DNA from: a virus
Length of the DNA stretch: 64,000 bases
Virus record (IMG/VR): IMGVR_UViG_3300011271_000003
Coordinates: 1 to 64,000 of that record
Direction: 5' to 3' (one strand)
Shown here: positions 41,128 through 52,506 of the stretch, one piece after another
Numbering within the stretch: the first letter of the stretch is position 1
Layout: every line of letters starts with the position of its first letter
The notes under the pieces: model-generated
Databases searched by the model: none
What the model was told of the DNA's origin: nothing
What the model saw: only the letters and a program-made list of their open reading frames with translations
Translations under genes and position numbers: made by a program

Positions 41128-42031
41128 GGTAACTCCGTTCAGTTGGGTGACTGGCCACGCTGAGCGTCTCTCTGCTCGTACAGATCTGCCAAGCCTATCT
41201 GGATAGCCTTGTCGATTATTCTGTCCTCGGGGTTGGGATCGATTGCGGCTGTGAACCAGACGTAGTTAACCTGTCCTAGCAAGCGTCCTTTCATGCCCAT
41301 GGTGATGTTGAGACAAGGCTGATCCATCTGCCTTGGCAGTCCCGTAGTAGGGTCTGGAACGACTACTTGCATGGTGCCTAGGCAGTACTCCCAGAATATT
41401 TCCTGTCCGAAGGCTTGCTTCCTAATTGCCTCTGTGATCTTCTCAGGGGGTGTCAGATCCATCAGGCGGATGATATTGGTGCTGAGCGGTTTGCCACTTA
41501 TGCCTCCGTGGCGCTCGACCTCGTCTGTCATCAGACCTTCCTCCAGTCGTCTTTGTACATGACGTATTCGAACTCGTCACCGTTGGGGGCTGCGAGGTAC
41601 AGATCAGGCTCGGGCTCTCCTGCTAGGTTGGCGGTCTGAAAGGCCGCCTTGATGTGATTTTTCGCTTCCTGCTCTGTGCCGGTTAGAACAGGGGCTACCT
41701 GGCTGCCCCAGACAGTCCAGTCCATGTCACTAGCCATTTGACTCGGCCTCCTTCTTCTTGAGCTGCTCGATTGCCTGCTCGACTCCTATGTGAGCGCATG
41801 GACTGTCAAACCCTGCGTTGCGGAGCGTCTTGTTGATTTCGTCGATCTCTGCGTACGGCGATCCCGTCTCCTCGAAGGCGAATGGGTTAACTAGCACAGC
41901 AGACCTAACAAACGGTCCGTTTACGCCCATCTTCCTGAATCGTTGCACGTACCAATGGGACATGTCTGTCTCAGCCTGCTCTAGGCTGTCGTAGGTATAC
42001 TCCATTAGACGTAGGACTCTAACTGTCACTG

Positions 42032-42361
42032 CTACTCCTCCCATTGTACGTGTCCGTATTTACGCAGGGCCTCGCTCAGTCGGCGAACCTTCGCTGCTAT
42101 TGCTTCGTCGTCCATCATGCCTCGGCTGTATTTATGGTGGTCAACGTAGGGGTCGTAGGCCTTAGTAGGTCCCTCGTCGTAGAAGCACCAGAGACACGTC
42201 TATGTTAGGTCTCCTGTTAGACCCTGGATACACTCGAACTTGCAGTGGCAGTGCCTGCATACAACCCAGACCCATACGTAGGGCCTGTGTGTCCTTGCGT
42301 CCCTTGCTGACCGTCCATCTCTACAAGGACCTGGAACCTTAATGTCGGTTCTGTCGACTAT
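42032..42361 (-). pseudogene. Zinc-ribbon ORF with internal TAG and no canonical start
   Basis: Frame IVDRT...CRHC..C...DLT*TCLWC...WEE* fills the gap after the helicase. Confidence 0.4.
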
Positions 42362-43902
42362 AATAGGTCCCTCCCGAAGATTCGTTGTGCGTCCGCCATT
42401 GCTTCCTGTATTAGGGGGTCTGCGGCTGTCATTCCGTACGCCTCAGGGTCCACGGTATCTCCTAGCAGGAACCTTAGGTCTTCCCATTTCTGGGAGATAA
42501 CCGTCCTGCGTCCGATGTCCACGGTATTCTTTGCCATTATGTCGATGATGTGGACTGCGTTCTTTTGTCCGATGCGGTGCTGACGATCTTCAGCCTGTAT
42601 GTTTTTTGTAGGGGACCAATGTCGATCAAGAAATATGCCTGTGCTCGCTGCATGGAGCGTGATGCCCTCGCCACCAGCAGCGATTGTCCCGGCGAAAACA
42701 TGCAAGTCACCCCGTTGGAATGCTTCGACAGCAAGATCACGTTCTGTCTGGGGGACCGTACCTGTATAACGGCCGACTGATATTTTATTAGCCTCCAGCC
42801 TCTGGGCAGCGAGATCGACCATGCTTCGGAATTGCGACCAGACAACAAGCTGTTCAGTGGGGTTTCCACTAACCATTTCCTCCAGTGCATCTAGCTTGGC
42901 GGACGGCTCGATCAGAGTGGTTGTCATTCTTCGTTCCGGCTCGGGCTCCTCTCTTGCTTCGAGCGCACGCGCTCGTGCAGTCCTGGTTATAACGTACTTG
43001 TAGCCAATCTCTACTGATGCCAGAGCAAACTGCTGCAGCCTCACCAATTGCGCAATTACAACAGGCGCCACTAGAGGTTCATCTTCATGCTCGCCAACCC
43101 AAGCGATCATGTCCTTGCGCATCTGGTTGTACGCCTTACGTTGAGCTGGTCCGAGCTCAACCCAGACGTCTGAGTAATACTTCTCTGGCAGATCTTGAAG
43201 TACCTCTCTCTTAAGTCGTCGCACATACCACGGGCGCATCTCAGCTATAAGGTGCGGAGTGGTCTCCCTGTTGGGCTTGTTATAGTTTCGGAACGTTGCT
43301 CCGTTCTTCCCCTCAACTATCTGTTCCACGCAGTAGGTCTTTACGTGTCGCCAATAACTCGTGTAGCGCTTTGGATACAACCAATTCAGAATAGACCAGA
43401 TGTCTGCTGGCCTGTTGTCTGCCGGTGTCCCTGACAGGCCAGTCTTGTACCTAGCTGGTAGAGCCTTCAGCGCTCGGGTTTGTTGTGCTTTTCTCGACTT
43501 TGCGCGGTGACATTCGTCAGCGATGATGTGGAACCAGGATACCCTGCGCAACTCCGGCATAAGCCGTAGGGCCTCGTAGTGAATGATATAGCAGGTGTAG
43601 TTCTGTGACAGAGCCTTAACAAATGCTGGCCGGTCCTTCCTATCGATTACGTAGATTCTCGCTGTGGGCCAGACTAGCTTTATATGCCTTACCCAAGCAT
43701 CCTGGTGTGTCGCTAGCGGCGCTATGATCAGCGTCTTCCTTTTGGGTCCGCCCTTCACGTAGGTCTCGATACGCAGCTTGTAGTCGATCCAGAGCGCTTC
43801 AGGCGTCTTTCCCAATCCCATTTCGTCTGCGATGAGACGAGACAGGAGTGTTGGTATGCCTACCTTGTCGACACACTCCTGCTGGAATGGACGTGGCTCC
43901 AA
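42358..43902 (-). CDS. SNF2-family helicase
   Basis: ADEMGLGKT, IADECH, LSGTP, GEGITL, QAEDRQHRIGQ. Confidence 0.93.
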   Translation of the reverse strand: MEPRPFQQECVDKVGIPTLLSRLIADEMGLGKTPEALWIDYKLRIETYVKGGPKRKTLIIAPLATHQDAWVRHIKLVWPTARIYVIDRKDRPAFVKALSQNYTCYIIHYEALRLMPELRRVSWFHIIADECHRAKSRKAQQTRALKALPARYKTGLSGTPADNRPADIWSILNWLYPKRYTSYWRHVKTYCVEQIVEGKNGATFRNYNKPNRETTPHLIAEMRPWYVRRLKREVLQDLPEKYYSDVWVELGPAQRKAYNQMRKDMIAWVGEHEDEPLVAPVVIAQLVRLQQFALASVEIGYKYVITRTARARALEAREEPEPERRMTTTLIEPSAKLDALEEMVSGNPTEQLVVWSQFRSMVDLAAQRLEANKISVGRYTGTVPQTERDLAVEAFQRGDLHVFAGTIAAGGEGITLHAASTGIFLDRHWSPTKNIQAEDRQHRIGQKNAVHIIDIMAKNTVDIGRRTVISQKWEDLRFLLGDTVDPEAYGMTAADPLIQEAMADAQRIFGRDLL

Positions 43903-46679
43903 GCTACTCTCCTTCGGGCCTGTAGTCTCGGATGAGGTCGTCCAAGCCGGTTCCTTGGAGGCTCTCCATTGCCTTCGCCGTCATAGTCTCTTGTTGTCTG
44001 AGTGCCTCGAAGAACTCCTTGGCGATCTCTGGGTGTCTATGGTTCATGAAGGACTGTAGTCGGTTCGTGAGGTTCCGCTCGAGGAGTTCGAACTTCTCCT
44101 CGAGAAACTGTACACGCCCCTCCAAGTCGTGACGTGGAGGCCTCCAGTCGAACTCATCCATCCTCTTCGCTCTCTTCCTCTTCTGACAGGAATGCTTTTT
44201 GCCAGCACTCGTCGTGAGTGCCAGAGATCAGGATCTCTCGATCGCCTGCTGTCAGCATGGGGAGTGCGTTCTGGATGAACATTCCCTCTTGCCATCTCTG
44301 AAAGGCGTCTGCGGGGATGTTCTCGACGATCGCTGGCTTGGAGCAGAACTGGCACGTCGTTTCAAAATGAATCTTTCCGTTGTCGGTCGTTGTGATCTTG
44401 CCGTTAATCATTCTTCTCCTTCTTCGTCTTCGTCTTCATCGCCATCATCTTCGTCATCAGCTTCGGGCTCACGGAGCTCGTAGTAGACACATTCATGTGT
44501 CCCCTGGCTATCGTCGTAAGTCCCTGAGTAGAACCGAATGATCTCGTCCTCAGCGTACTCGTCAAGAATTGGCACGTCTTGCTCGAGCTTCAGAAGCTCT
44601 CTGATCGCCTCACGAGGTGTCATGACTTCTCCTCTTCCAGGAGCGTTCGGATTGTTAGACAGGGGTAAATCTGTTCGCAGCCTAGACAGGTCGGCTTGCC
44701 GTTGAATGTGAAGACGGTACTAGGACTATGCAGCCTCCAAACACGTCGCAGCGACTTGTGGTCGGTGCGGATATGCTCTTCCAGGTTGTCGATGTGCTGC
44801 CTCAGATTGGCAATGCCACCTCGTATGTTGTGTATAGCTTCTGGCGAATATTGGTAAATCACTCCGCCCTCCAGAGTCGCCTCCAGTGAGGCTGATTCTT
44901 TTTGTGTCCTAGGGAGTTTCTGCTCCCTGCTCCAGGTAGCTCCCCGCAATGCGGACAGTCGATCGTGAGAGCTAGTGCTACTTGTTCTTCAGTCATGACT
45001 CCTCCTCTGTAGTCTCGTCCGGATATAGTTCCTTATCTCGTGCACTCACGGTTACGTGGAGGTCGGCGGTATCTGCCTCCTCTAGCTGCATGATGATGAC
45101 TTCTATTGCCTCTCCTACACTAAGATTCCTTTCGTAGTCGATCACCTCCTGTTCTGTCATTTGGTGCTTCTCGACCGAATCGTAGTACGATTCCAGAGAC
45201 GTGGCGTACTCGACTGTTACCGTTCGCTTGACCACTATCTCACGTTCGGGCATTCTTTCCTCCACGGCTTGGATCGGATCGCTTTGGCCATAAGCCCTAG
45301 TGCAAACTCCGCAAACTGTCGAGCCAGTCTGCCTTAGTGCTTCTTGTGGCGTCTTCCAGAAGTACCTAGCACTCTCCCACTGCTCGGATACTATTCTGCA
45401 ACAGACTGTTCGCGCTAGCAGAGGTCTGACGGCGTGCCATAGACCTCTGCTAGAGGGGTCATTCCTCGGAATCGGTCTGGCGTAGAGCGGCATTCCTTCC
45501 TCCCACTTAACGTAGTCTTGAGGACAAGCGCTCGGCTAGTTCGTTTATGTAGTCTGCCCTCTCCTGTGAGCGAATCTTATGAGGATCAGGAAGTAGGTTC
45601 AACAGCTCTTTTATGTCCTTTTCACTTAGCAGCACGACCTTGAATTCTGTCACCGTTTTCCTCCCAAGTAAACTTCGCCTACTACGTCGCCGGATCTCGG
45701 ACACAACCATAGTAGGACCCAAACCTTACCTCGCTTCTCGTATTGCGTCAATAGCCTGGAAGAGGCGCCTCCATTGTATGGGTGGCGCAACCTGCATCGG
45801 GAGCACCACTCTCCCCTGTTTACATCTTGAAGAGTCGGAGGATCTCCCTGAGCCCAGTCTGCTCCGCGGTGCTTCCGCTTGCGTCGGAAGGTCCTGTAGA
45901 TGTGCCGCGGAAAAAGTTCGTCGTTCATCTTCAGTCATCTCGGCAGTTTCTCTCGCAGATCCTGGGCCAACAGCTCTGCATGTGCTGTAGCTGCGTTAAC
46001 TTGACGCTCTTCCACTACGGTGAACATCTTGCTGTCGCACCTGTCACCGTATCGCTCGTGCCGTAGCTCAGTTGATGAGCTGACGCGTATGCGCATCTTG
46101 TGCCGGACACACCGGACATAGGTGTTAGTCATCACCACACCAGATGTAGTAGGAAGTATGCGGACGTATATGCAACTACTGTTAGGGCTGCTATCACTAG
46201 CTTGCCCACTAACACTTACCACCCTCCATGGGATGCGGCAAACTGGTGAAGTACCGGTCTGCACACCGGTTATCAGCAGAGCTGCTGAAGTTGCCGCCAG
46301 TCGGGCAGCGCCGGTCTCCTGCCACGCCGCCACATCGGCCTATGCGCCCTAGTATCGTGGGCAGTGCCTTAAGTCCTAGCTCGGTAGCTTCGGCGAGACC
46401 TGTGCCACTGCAGTTAGTCAGGGTACACGAAGTGCGAGCGGTCGTCGGGGTCAGGAGGTGGTGTACGCCGATCACTATCCGAACAGTGGTCTTCGTCAGT
46501 TGTGACCACTGGTAGAGCCGGATCGAGCTGGCTAGGATGTTCATGCGTCTCCTCTTTGAATGGACCTATGTAACGGATAACCTGAATCGGCTCACCATCA
46601 GACCACTCGAGAGTTATCTCAACGTCGTATGCCCCAGTGGGAAGGTTCTCCGGAAAGCCTACAAACGTCTGGTATATCA

Positions 46680-47093
46680 TTACCGGTTCCGCCCCTCTTC
46701 CGCTGCGGTGCAAGATCCACAGCACCTACATGTCGCATACCCGCAGTCGAAACAACAAGTACTGCCGTAGCGCTGTGCATACTTAATCCGCTGGCATACT
46801 CGGCACGTACCGTTCGACTCTTGGCGGCCGAAACGTTCTGTATCGTGTCCTTTTCCGCATGCTCCTCTGGAGCAGTCGTAATGTCTGTGACATGGAACAC
46901 AAAGCGTAACGTAGACATTTCTTGTGTCGTGAACGTGAGCCCACTCCTGAGCTCGACTCTGGCACCCGCCTTCACAAAGTTGCCGGTGCGCAGGACCAAA
47001 TCTTTGTCGGAGCCAGGTATGCAGCATCTGGTACGCAGCCGAGTTCTTGGGCAGCGCAACGTACGGAGATCCGAACTCAAGAGTAACTTGCAC
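46680..47093 (-). CDS. Cys-rich HNH-like protein, paralog of 52507-52875
   Basis: H.WLR..FG.A...CEGGCQSRA.EWA.VH.T...TLC..CH..YD. Confidence 0.55.
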   Translation of the reverse strand: MQVTLEFGSPYVALPKNSAAYQMLHTWLRQRFGPAHRQLCEGGCQSRAQEWAHVHDTRNVYVTLCVPCHRHYDCSRGACGKGHDTERFGRQESNGTCRVCQRIKYAQRYGSTCCFDCGYATCRCCGSCTAAEEGRNR

Positions 47094-47174
47094 CCTAGCG
47101 CCTTTCTTCTGCAGCTACGCAAGCTCGACAAGGCCTCTTATCTTCAGGTGGGCTATCAAGAAGCCTGAGTAGCC

Positions 47175-47459
47175 TCATGGTACTATTTCAAATAGATGCC
47201 AGACGAACCCACTTGCTTGGACCGCTGTTCCGATGTATACTTTCCCTGCCGGATCGAAGTCATGTCCAGTGCCGTGGATTTCGAACGTTCGCTGAATCCA
47301 AGTCTCCTCTGCTCTGACGGTATGCATTTCCCAGAGACAGATAGCATTCGCGATGTGGTTCTGGGCCCCAACATGCAGAAGCTGCGCCCCGTTAGGAAGC
47401 TCGACAGTTAGTGGCTTCTCGGGCTGTAGCGAGAGTTCGTGCTTCCAGATCACTTTCAT
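47175..47459 (-). CDS. Conserved phage protein
   Basis: IWK..L...LP.GA..L.V...GTGH...YIGT...FVWHLFE pattern. Confidence 0.6.
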   Translation of the reverse strand: MKVIWKHELSLQPEKPLTVELPNGAQLLHVGAQNHIANAICLWEMHTVRAEETWIQRTFEIHGTGHDFDPAGKVYIGTAVQASGFVWHLFEIVP

Positions 47460-48085
47460 TCGGTTTCACCTTTCGGTGGTGTCCAGCCCATTGCTACGAG
47501 TGCTTCGTATGTGTTCGTGTTGAGTCTGGTCTTGACGTCTACGTCAACGACTATTCCGTCTGTAACGTCCAGGCCAATGGTTGCGATGGGGATTTTCTCA
47601 GGTCGGAGGCGCACATCGAGCGCAGTTAGGTAGACAGGGTGGCCGCCCAGCTTGATCTCCTGAACTATGGAGCCCCTGGAAGTAATTTCTAGTCGATTTA
47701 CGTTTGTCATTCAGCTTCACCCTTCGGTCGGAAGAACTCGTCTGCTTCTTCTTTTTTGATACACTTCCTACCACACGGGCAGAGTACAGTTGCGAGGTGT
47801 CCTGCCCTGATATGATAGTAGATAATCTGTGGCGACAGGCGAGGAACGGTCTTTGCGTAGTTCACTGGAGTAATCAGCGGTGCGTCCTCGATCTCGTCAA
47901 GGGCCATCGCTTTGAGCAGCTCGTCTATGTTCGAGTATGCGTGCTCGCTTTCATCGTTCGCGGTCATAGTACAACTCTCGTGGGTTTACGTTGCTCGATG
48001 AAGCACGCTAGTCCGCGCCTTAGACGCGCTATAGTAAAGTCTAATCGCTGAGCTCACCCACTTTGACACCTTTTTAAGGAGGCTA

Positions 48086-48114
48086 GAGCTAGAGCGTCTA
48101 ACTTAATTCTAACT
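48086..48114 (-). repeat. Copy 2 of the 29-bp long-range inverted repeat (partner 11940-11968)
   Basis: Reverse complement is AGTTAGAATTAAGTTAGACGCTCTAGCTC. Confidence 0.85.
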
Positions 48115-49607
48115 CTTCGTGCTGCAGCTGGCTATCATAGGCGCGCTGCGCCTGCTCGTCGGGCGACAGTTGATCCCAGGTAGGAGTGTACACGTCTCCT
48201 ACGAGCTGCTTGGCCTGGCGCCAGATTCCGTAGGAAATCATTGCTGCTGCCGTAACCGGCTCAAGATCGTTGTGCACTTTGCTCCACCACTTTTACCTTC
48301 GGGCAAGTAGTTGTCGGACGCCGTACGTGACTAGGCTTCCAAATCTCTGTGCACTGAGGCCGAATGCACACCAGTACCGGAACGTCGTTGTTCGTTGCCT
48401 TCGCCTTCCAGATATGCTTACCGGTCGGGTTCCCCTGCGAGGTCTTGGCTGCGTACAGCCTCTCCCTGATACGCGCCTCGTTTCGCTTCTGCTCTCTGAC
48501 ACACCTCATGTGTCCTTCGTGGTAGACACCAGCCGCTCGCTGACAGACTTCCTCGTCAGGCTTTAGCGGGTCACATCTGTTCATCATTCCTCCCATCCTG
48601 CTTCGCAAAGGCAGTCTCCATTGCCGCAGCAGCCCCACCCGTGCTTCTCTGGATCGTCCTGGGCAGGACACCAGGGCGCACACGTACAAGACCCTATGAA
48701 GGCTGCATGCTCTTCCCACTCGCCGTCGTTGTCGTCGCTCATTCGTCTGGCCTCGGATCCTGCAGCGTAGGAAGGAATGGCCTAGGCTGCGAGCTAAAAT
48801 GTCCACGCTCCTGGAAGAACCCAGGAATCTGTCCTCCGTCAGGGTTGATCATCTTGTACTGAATCCACTCCGTCCGCAGGTAGCGTTTACCTACTCGACT
48901 GAATTTGCGGTGCAGGAGTAGCTCACCGCACTTGTTGACCTGAACTCTTATCACCCGTGGGTACACGTGCTCCTGACCGCTGAAGGTGCTGACCACTACT
49001 TCAAACTGCTTTCTCATCCGTGCCACATTCCTATCACCTGTAGATCGTCGTTGCTATCGGTAAGCCAGACTGGGTCGTCTTTGAGATTCTGTATCATTCG
49101 GTCTAGGACGTTTAGCAGCTGAACGTCCTCATCGCCGGTAGGCAGAATTGCTAGCTGAACGTCCAGTATAATCCTCTGCATGTTAATAGGACCCTCTGTA
49201 GTTAAGGTCGTTCAGGATCTCGTGAGCCCGTCCTGTCTTCGCCTTCTCGTCGTCCTGGGCCGCCAGGAGTGCTAGGTTGTCCCGGGCCGCCTGAGCCAGC
49301 CCTGAATGAGGTGATACCTGGTCGTAACGCTTGTCACTCATTCCGCCTGTACCCTTAGGCGGAATCGTCCCATCGGGATTGACTTGCCGAGCCCAGCGAT
49401 TGCGGATCGGCTTCATCACTTCTCCGTTCGCCAGTCGCTCAGGCGGGAGGAACTCTGGACATCTGTCGTTCCTACACTCGTACAGTTCCACCGTTGTGCC
49501 TTGTGGAATCCCTGACATAGGTGAGACCTGAGCACGGCGCCGGTTAAGCATAATTCCCATCTCATTACACGATGGGCAGCGTCTGCTCTCTTCCTCCTGC
49601 GTGTCGG

Positions 49608-50033
49608 TCATCCTGTAGCCTCCAGACGCTCAAGTTTCGCCTCTACTGCCTGGAGGCGCTTGTTAATCTCTAGGAAGCGTTGCTCTAGCGCTCCCAGTCT
49701 GGTGCCTCGTACTTTCTGAGCCTTTGCGACCCTCATAAAGACGTCAATGTCTGGATCGTCGAGTAGCTCCCACCTGGATGCAGCGCTCCCACCTCCTCGG
49801 CTTAGCTGCTTGATACAGTTCATCTGTTCGAGTCGGTTCAGACATGAAGAATAGTAGGGCGTAGGTAGCTCGAGCTGTCTGAAGAGCTTAGTTGTGTGCC
49901 CCTCCCAGATGAAGGCGTGCCGCTGGTCCCCACCGTCTGGGATGTTAACGGGTATGGCCCCTGTCTTCATTGCTGCGAACACTCTGCAGACATGTTCGTA
50001 GAGTTTTGGTGGAGCGCTTCGCATTGCGGTCAT
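49608..50033 (-). CDS. Putative winged-helix DNA-binding protein
   Basis: LF.QL.L..PYYS..L..L..M.CI.Q..RGGG...S.W pattern with a coiled-coil tail. Confidence 0.45.
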   Translation of the reverse strand: MTAMRSAPPKLYEHVCRVFAAMKTGAIPVNIPDGGDQRHAFIWEGHTTKLFRQLELPTPYYSSCLNRLEQMNCIKQLSRGGGSAASRWELLDDPDIDVFMRVAKAQKVRGTRLGALEQRFLEINKRLQAVEAKLERLEATG

Positions 50034-50479
50034 GCGGGCTCCAGCTTGGCCCTGATTCGTTCTGCTGTTCTAGCTGCGTCGTCCATCGCGAGTGCGACTC
50101 CTAGTAGGTCTTCCCAGCTCTTGAGAGTGGGATCTGACGCTATATGTTTCTGCTGTGCATCTTTTTGGTCCGCCCAACCTTCGAGCACCGTGTCGAGTAT
50201 GAATGCTAGGACATCGGTCTCGTCGTTGTCGAGCTCAAGGGTCATACTCTGACCTCCGTTGTGTAACACAAAAATCTGCCAAAATATATACGCCATCCAC
50301 CCTCAGCGTCACCTCACGACGCCTACACCCGTGGCCTCCCGCGGTCCTACAGAAGCTATTCACCTTCATCCTCATGTCAGAAGGACTGAGCAGGCTCTCT
50401 TTTTCGGCATCCGCTACTGTTAGTGTTCCTTCGACAAGCGGTCGTCGACTACGACGAGAGTTATCTGTGACCTGAAACA

Positions 50480-51500
50480 CAGACAATGACTGTTGTAACC
50501 GGCCGGTGAATGGGCCAGCGCTTCTGCAGGCGCTTCCTTGTACTGGTCTGGGTCCGATAGCTCACAGCGCCTTCACGTACACCATCGGACCCAGAAACTC
50601 CTAAGTGCCAGGGTGCCGCAGGGGTAGTGGTCACTAGTAACCAGCGCGCGTTACCCCTGCGACAGAGCGGAATCGAACCGTCCAGCATTACGATCTGCCC
50701 AAATCTGTGTTGTTGTAAGTTCGGGCTCCGGGAGTCCTGTTCCTGGCCGGCTGACAACCGACCGTTACGGAACAGGACTCCCGTGAGGGTTTAGCCCGAC
50801 GCGCTGTGCCCTGCACCTCGAAGAGGTGGACGCTCCCTCGCTATTCCTGGCCCCTTGCCAGTCACGGCTACTCACCAGGACTTTTGCGTCCAGCTCACAG
50901 CTCTAGGCACGTCGGCATCCGACACTTTCGTTCGGACCTCACTGCGAGCTGAACGTGGTGGCGCGCTTACCGTATCGTACCGTGCCATCTGTTAGCTGGC
51001 ACGGGCATTTAAGGTAAGCGCGCTGTTTACGACCGGCTCCTCAGGGGCTCCTATACTTGCCGCTCGCGCGGGCCTTGCTGAGGACTTACCTGGTTGACCA
51101 GCGCCCGCCATCCCATTGGATGGCGGGCGTATCCAGTTCGAGGGTGGTCAGTGCCTACCGGTCCGTCTTCCCAGAGGGCGGTTCGGGTTCCCCACTCTCT
51201 GGGCGCTCCTTGTCACCGTACTAATCCGTCATGGGACGAGGAGCCTGTCTCTATTGAGTTGTCAAAAGTTATCGGCGGAGCTGCCCCAGCCACCGGCCTA
51301 AGGGTTTCCACGACAGCTCCGCCTTCGGCTCTCCGTCAGCTTTGATCGTGTGCCTGCTCTCAAGGAACTAGCATCGATCTCGAGCTTTTGGCGAACCTAG
51401 TCAGCGGTGGAAGTTTGACCTCCCACCGCCGTCGACCGGTCTCAGCGTGTCGGCGCTGGCCTTGTCGATCCGGCGCTCGGTCAGCGACACCCGACCTGCG
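50480..51500 (-). ncRNA. Large structured non-coding region, candidate ncRNA(s)
   Basis: ~1 kb without a credible ORF; several perfect 10-15-bp stems; strand inferred from flanking genes. Confidence 0.55.
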
Positions 51501-51510
51501 TACCGGAGCG

Positions 51511-51584
51511 TGGACCAGACGGGGTTCGAACCCGCGACTTTCCCGATGCTAGGCACGTCTGCCTAGACCCGCGCATACTGGCCC
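51511..51584 (-). tRNA. tRNA-like element with non-canonical anticodon arm
   Basis: GGGCCAG/CTGGTCC-A acceptor; GCGGG TTCGAAC CCCGT T-arm; 74 nt. Confidence 0.5.
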
Positions 51585-51588
51585 ATCC

Positions 51589-51690
51589 GTGGGTGGGAGG
51601 GATTTGAACCCTCGAGCAGTTTCGCTGGGAGCAGCGACCCCGCGATACTTCCCTAGTATCACCGAACGGCCTCTAGCGGCATACCACCCT
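51589..51690 (-). tRNA. Long tRNA-like element with extra arm
   Basis: GGGTGG/CCACCC acceptor; GAGGG TTCAAAT CCCTC T-arm; GATAC-TAGGGAA-GTATC arm; TCGCTG/CAGCGA arm. Confidence 0.5.
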
Positions 51691-51738
51691 ACCACCTTAC
51701 CGACGAGAAGGGCATCAGCTCTTACCGTCGGAGGAGGT

Positions 51739-52329
51739 TTATTCAGCCTCGACGACCTCGGAGCCGTCGGTCACTTCGGCCTCTTCCTCCGCCTCGACCG
51801 GAACGGTCCCTGGCACCTGCACAGCTGCCTTAGCCGTGGTCGTTCCGGAGGCCTTGGCTGCCTTCTCTGCGGCCTTAGCTGCCTTAGCGTCCGCCTTGGC
51901 CTGGTCACGCTCGCCCTTGCGACCCCACCAGGCTACGACCTCAGCGATCACGACGCCAGGCCGAGTGAGAGTAACGCCGTGCTCGCTGACCTGCGGCTCA
52001 GCGAAGGTGTTGCCCTCCGCGTCGTAGTGCTTGACGGGGAACGGGTCGTCCTTGCCCGGTGACTTCACGAAGCCGTACATGCGCTGCGGCTGGAAGTTCG
52101 CATCCACGAACGGTGCGGATGCGCCTTCCTCCTTGTGCGTCTTCAGCCAGTTCAGCGCCTCGATCGGAGTCGAGACACCTTCCGGCAGCTTGTGCTTCGT
52201 AGCCGGGTTCGTGGTACCTGAGGTCGGCTGCGCTGGGACCGCTTCGGTCCCAGCAACCTCCTGCCCGTTGGTAGCAGCTTCGGCCTGTGCTTCCTCGGCC
52301 GCCGGGGCCTCGGTCTGCATGTCAGTCAT
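51739..52329 (-). CDS. Probably highly expressed early protein of unknown function
   Basis: First gene after a strong promoter; very high GC3; Ala/Lys-rich segment. Confidence 0.7.
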   Translation of the reverse strand: MTDMQTEAPAAEEAQAEAATNGQEVAGTEAVPAQPTSGTTNPATKHKLPEGVSTPIEALNWLKTHKEEGASAPFVDANFQPQRMYGFVKSPGKDDPFPVKHYDAEGNTFAEPQVSEHGVTLTRPGVVIAEVVAWWGRKGERDQAKADAKAAKAAEKAAKASGTTTAKAAVQVPGTVPVEAEEEAEVTDGSEVVEAE

Positions 52330-52419
52330 TTAACGTCCCTCTTCCTTTCTTAGGACTCTTTACGCCCTAGTGGGCTGGCTAGGCTTCTTGCCGAGCCATG
52401 CTCTTGTTGATATATGAAT

Positions 52420-52449
52420 ATTTTATCGCAGGCTCACTGGGGAAGGCAA
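52420..52449 (-). promoter_or_regulatory. Sigma70/HrdB-type promoter TTGCCT-N18-TAAAAT
   Basis: AT-rich gap; shares the CCCTTG -35 context with the 37.5-kb and 58.7-kb promoters. Confidence 0.65.
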
Positions 52450-52506
52450 GGGCTCAGGTACAGGTTTTTTGAGATTCTTTTGGTCCACTATGTAGCTCTT
52501 GGTATT

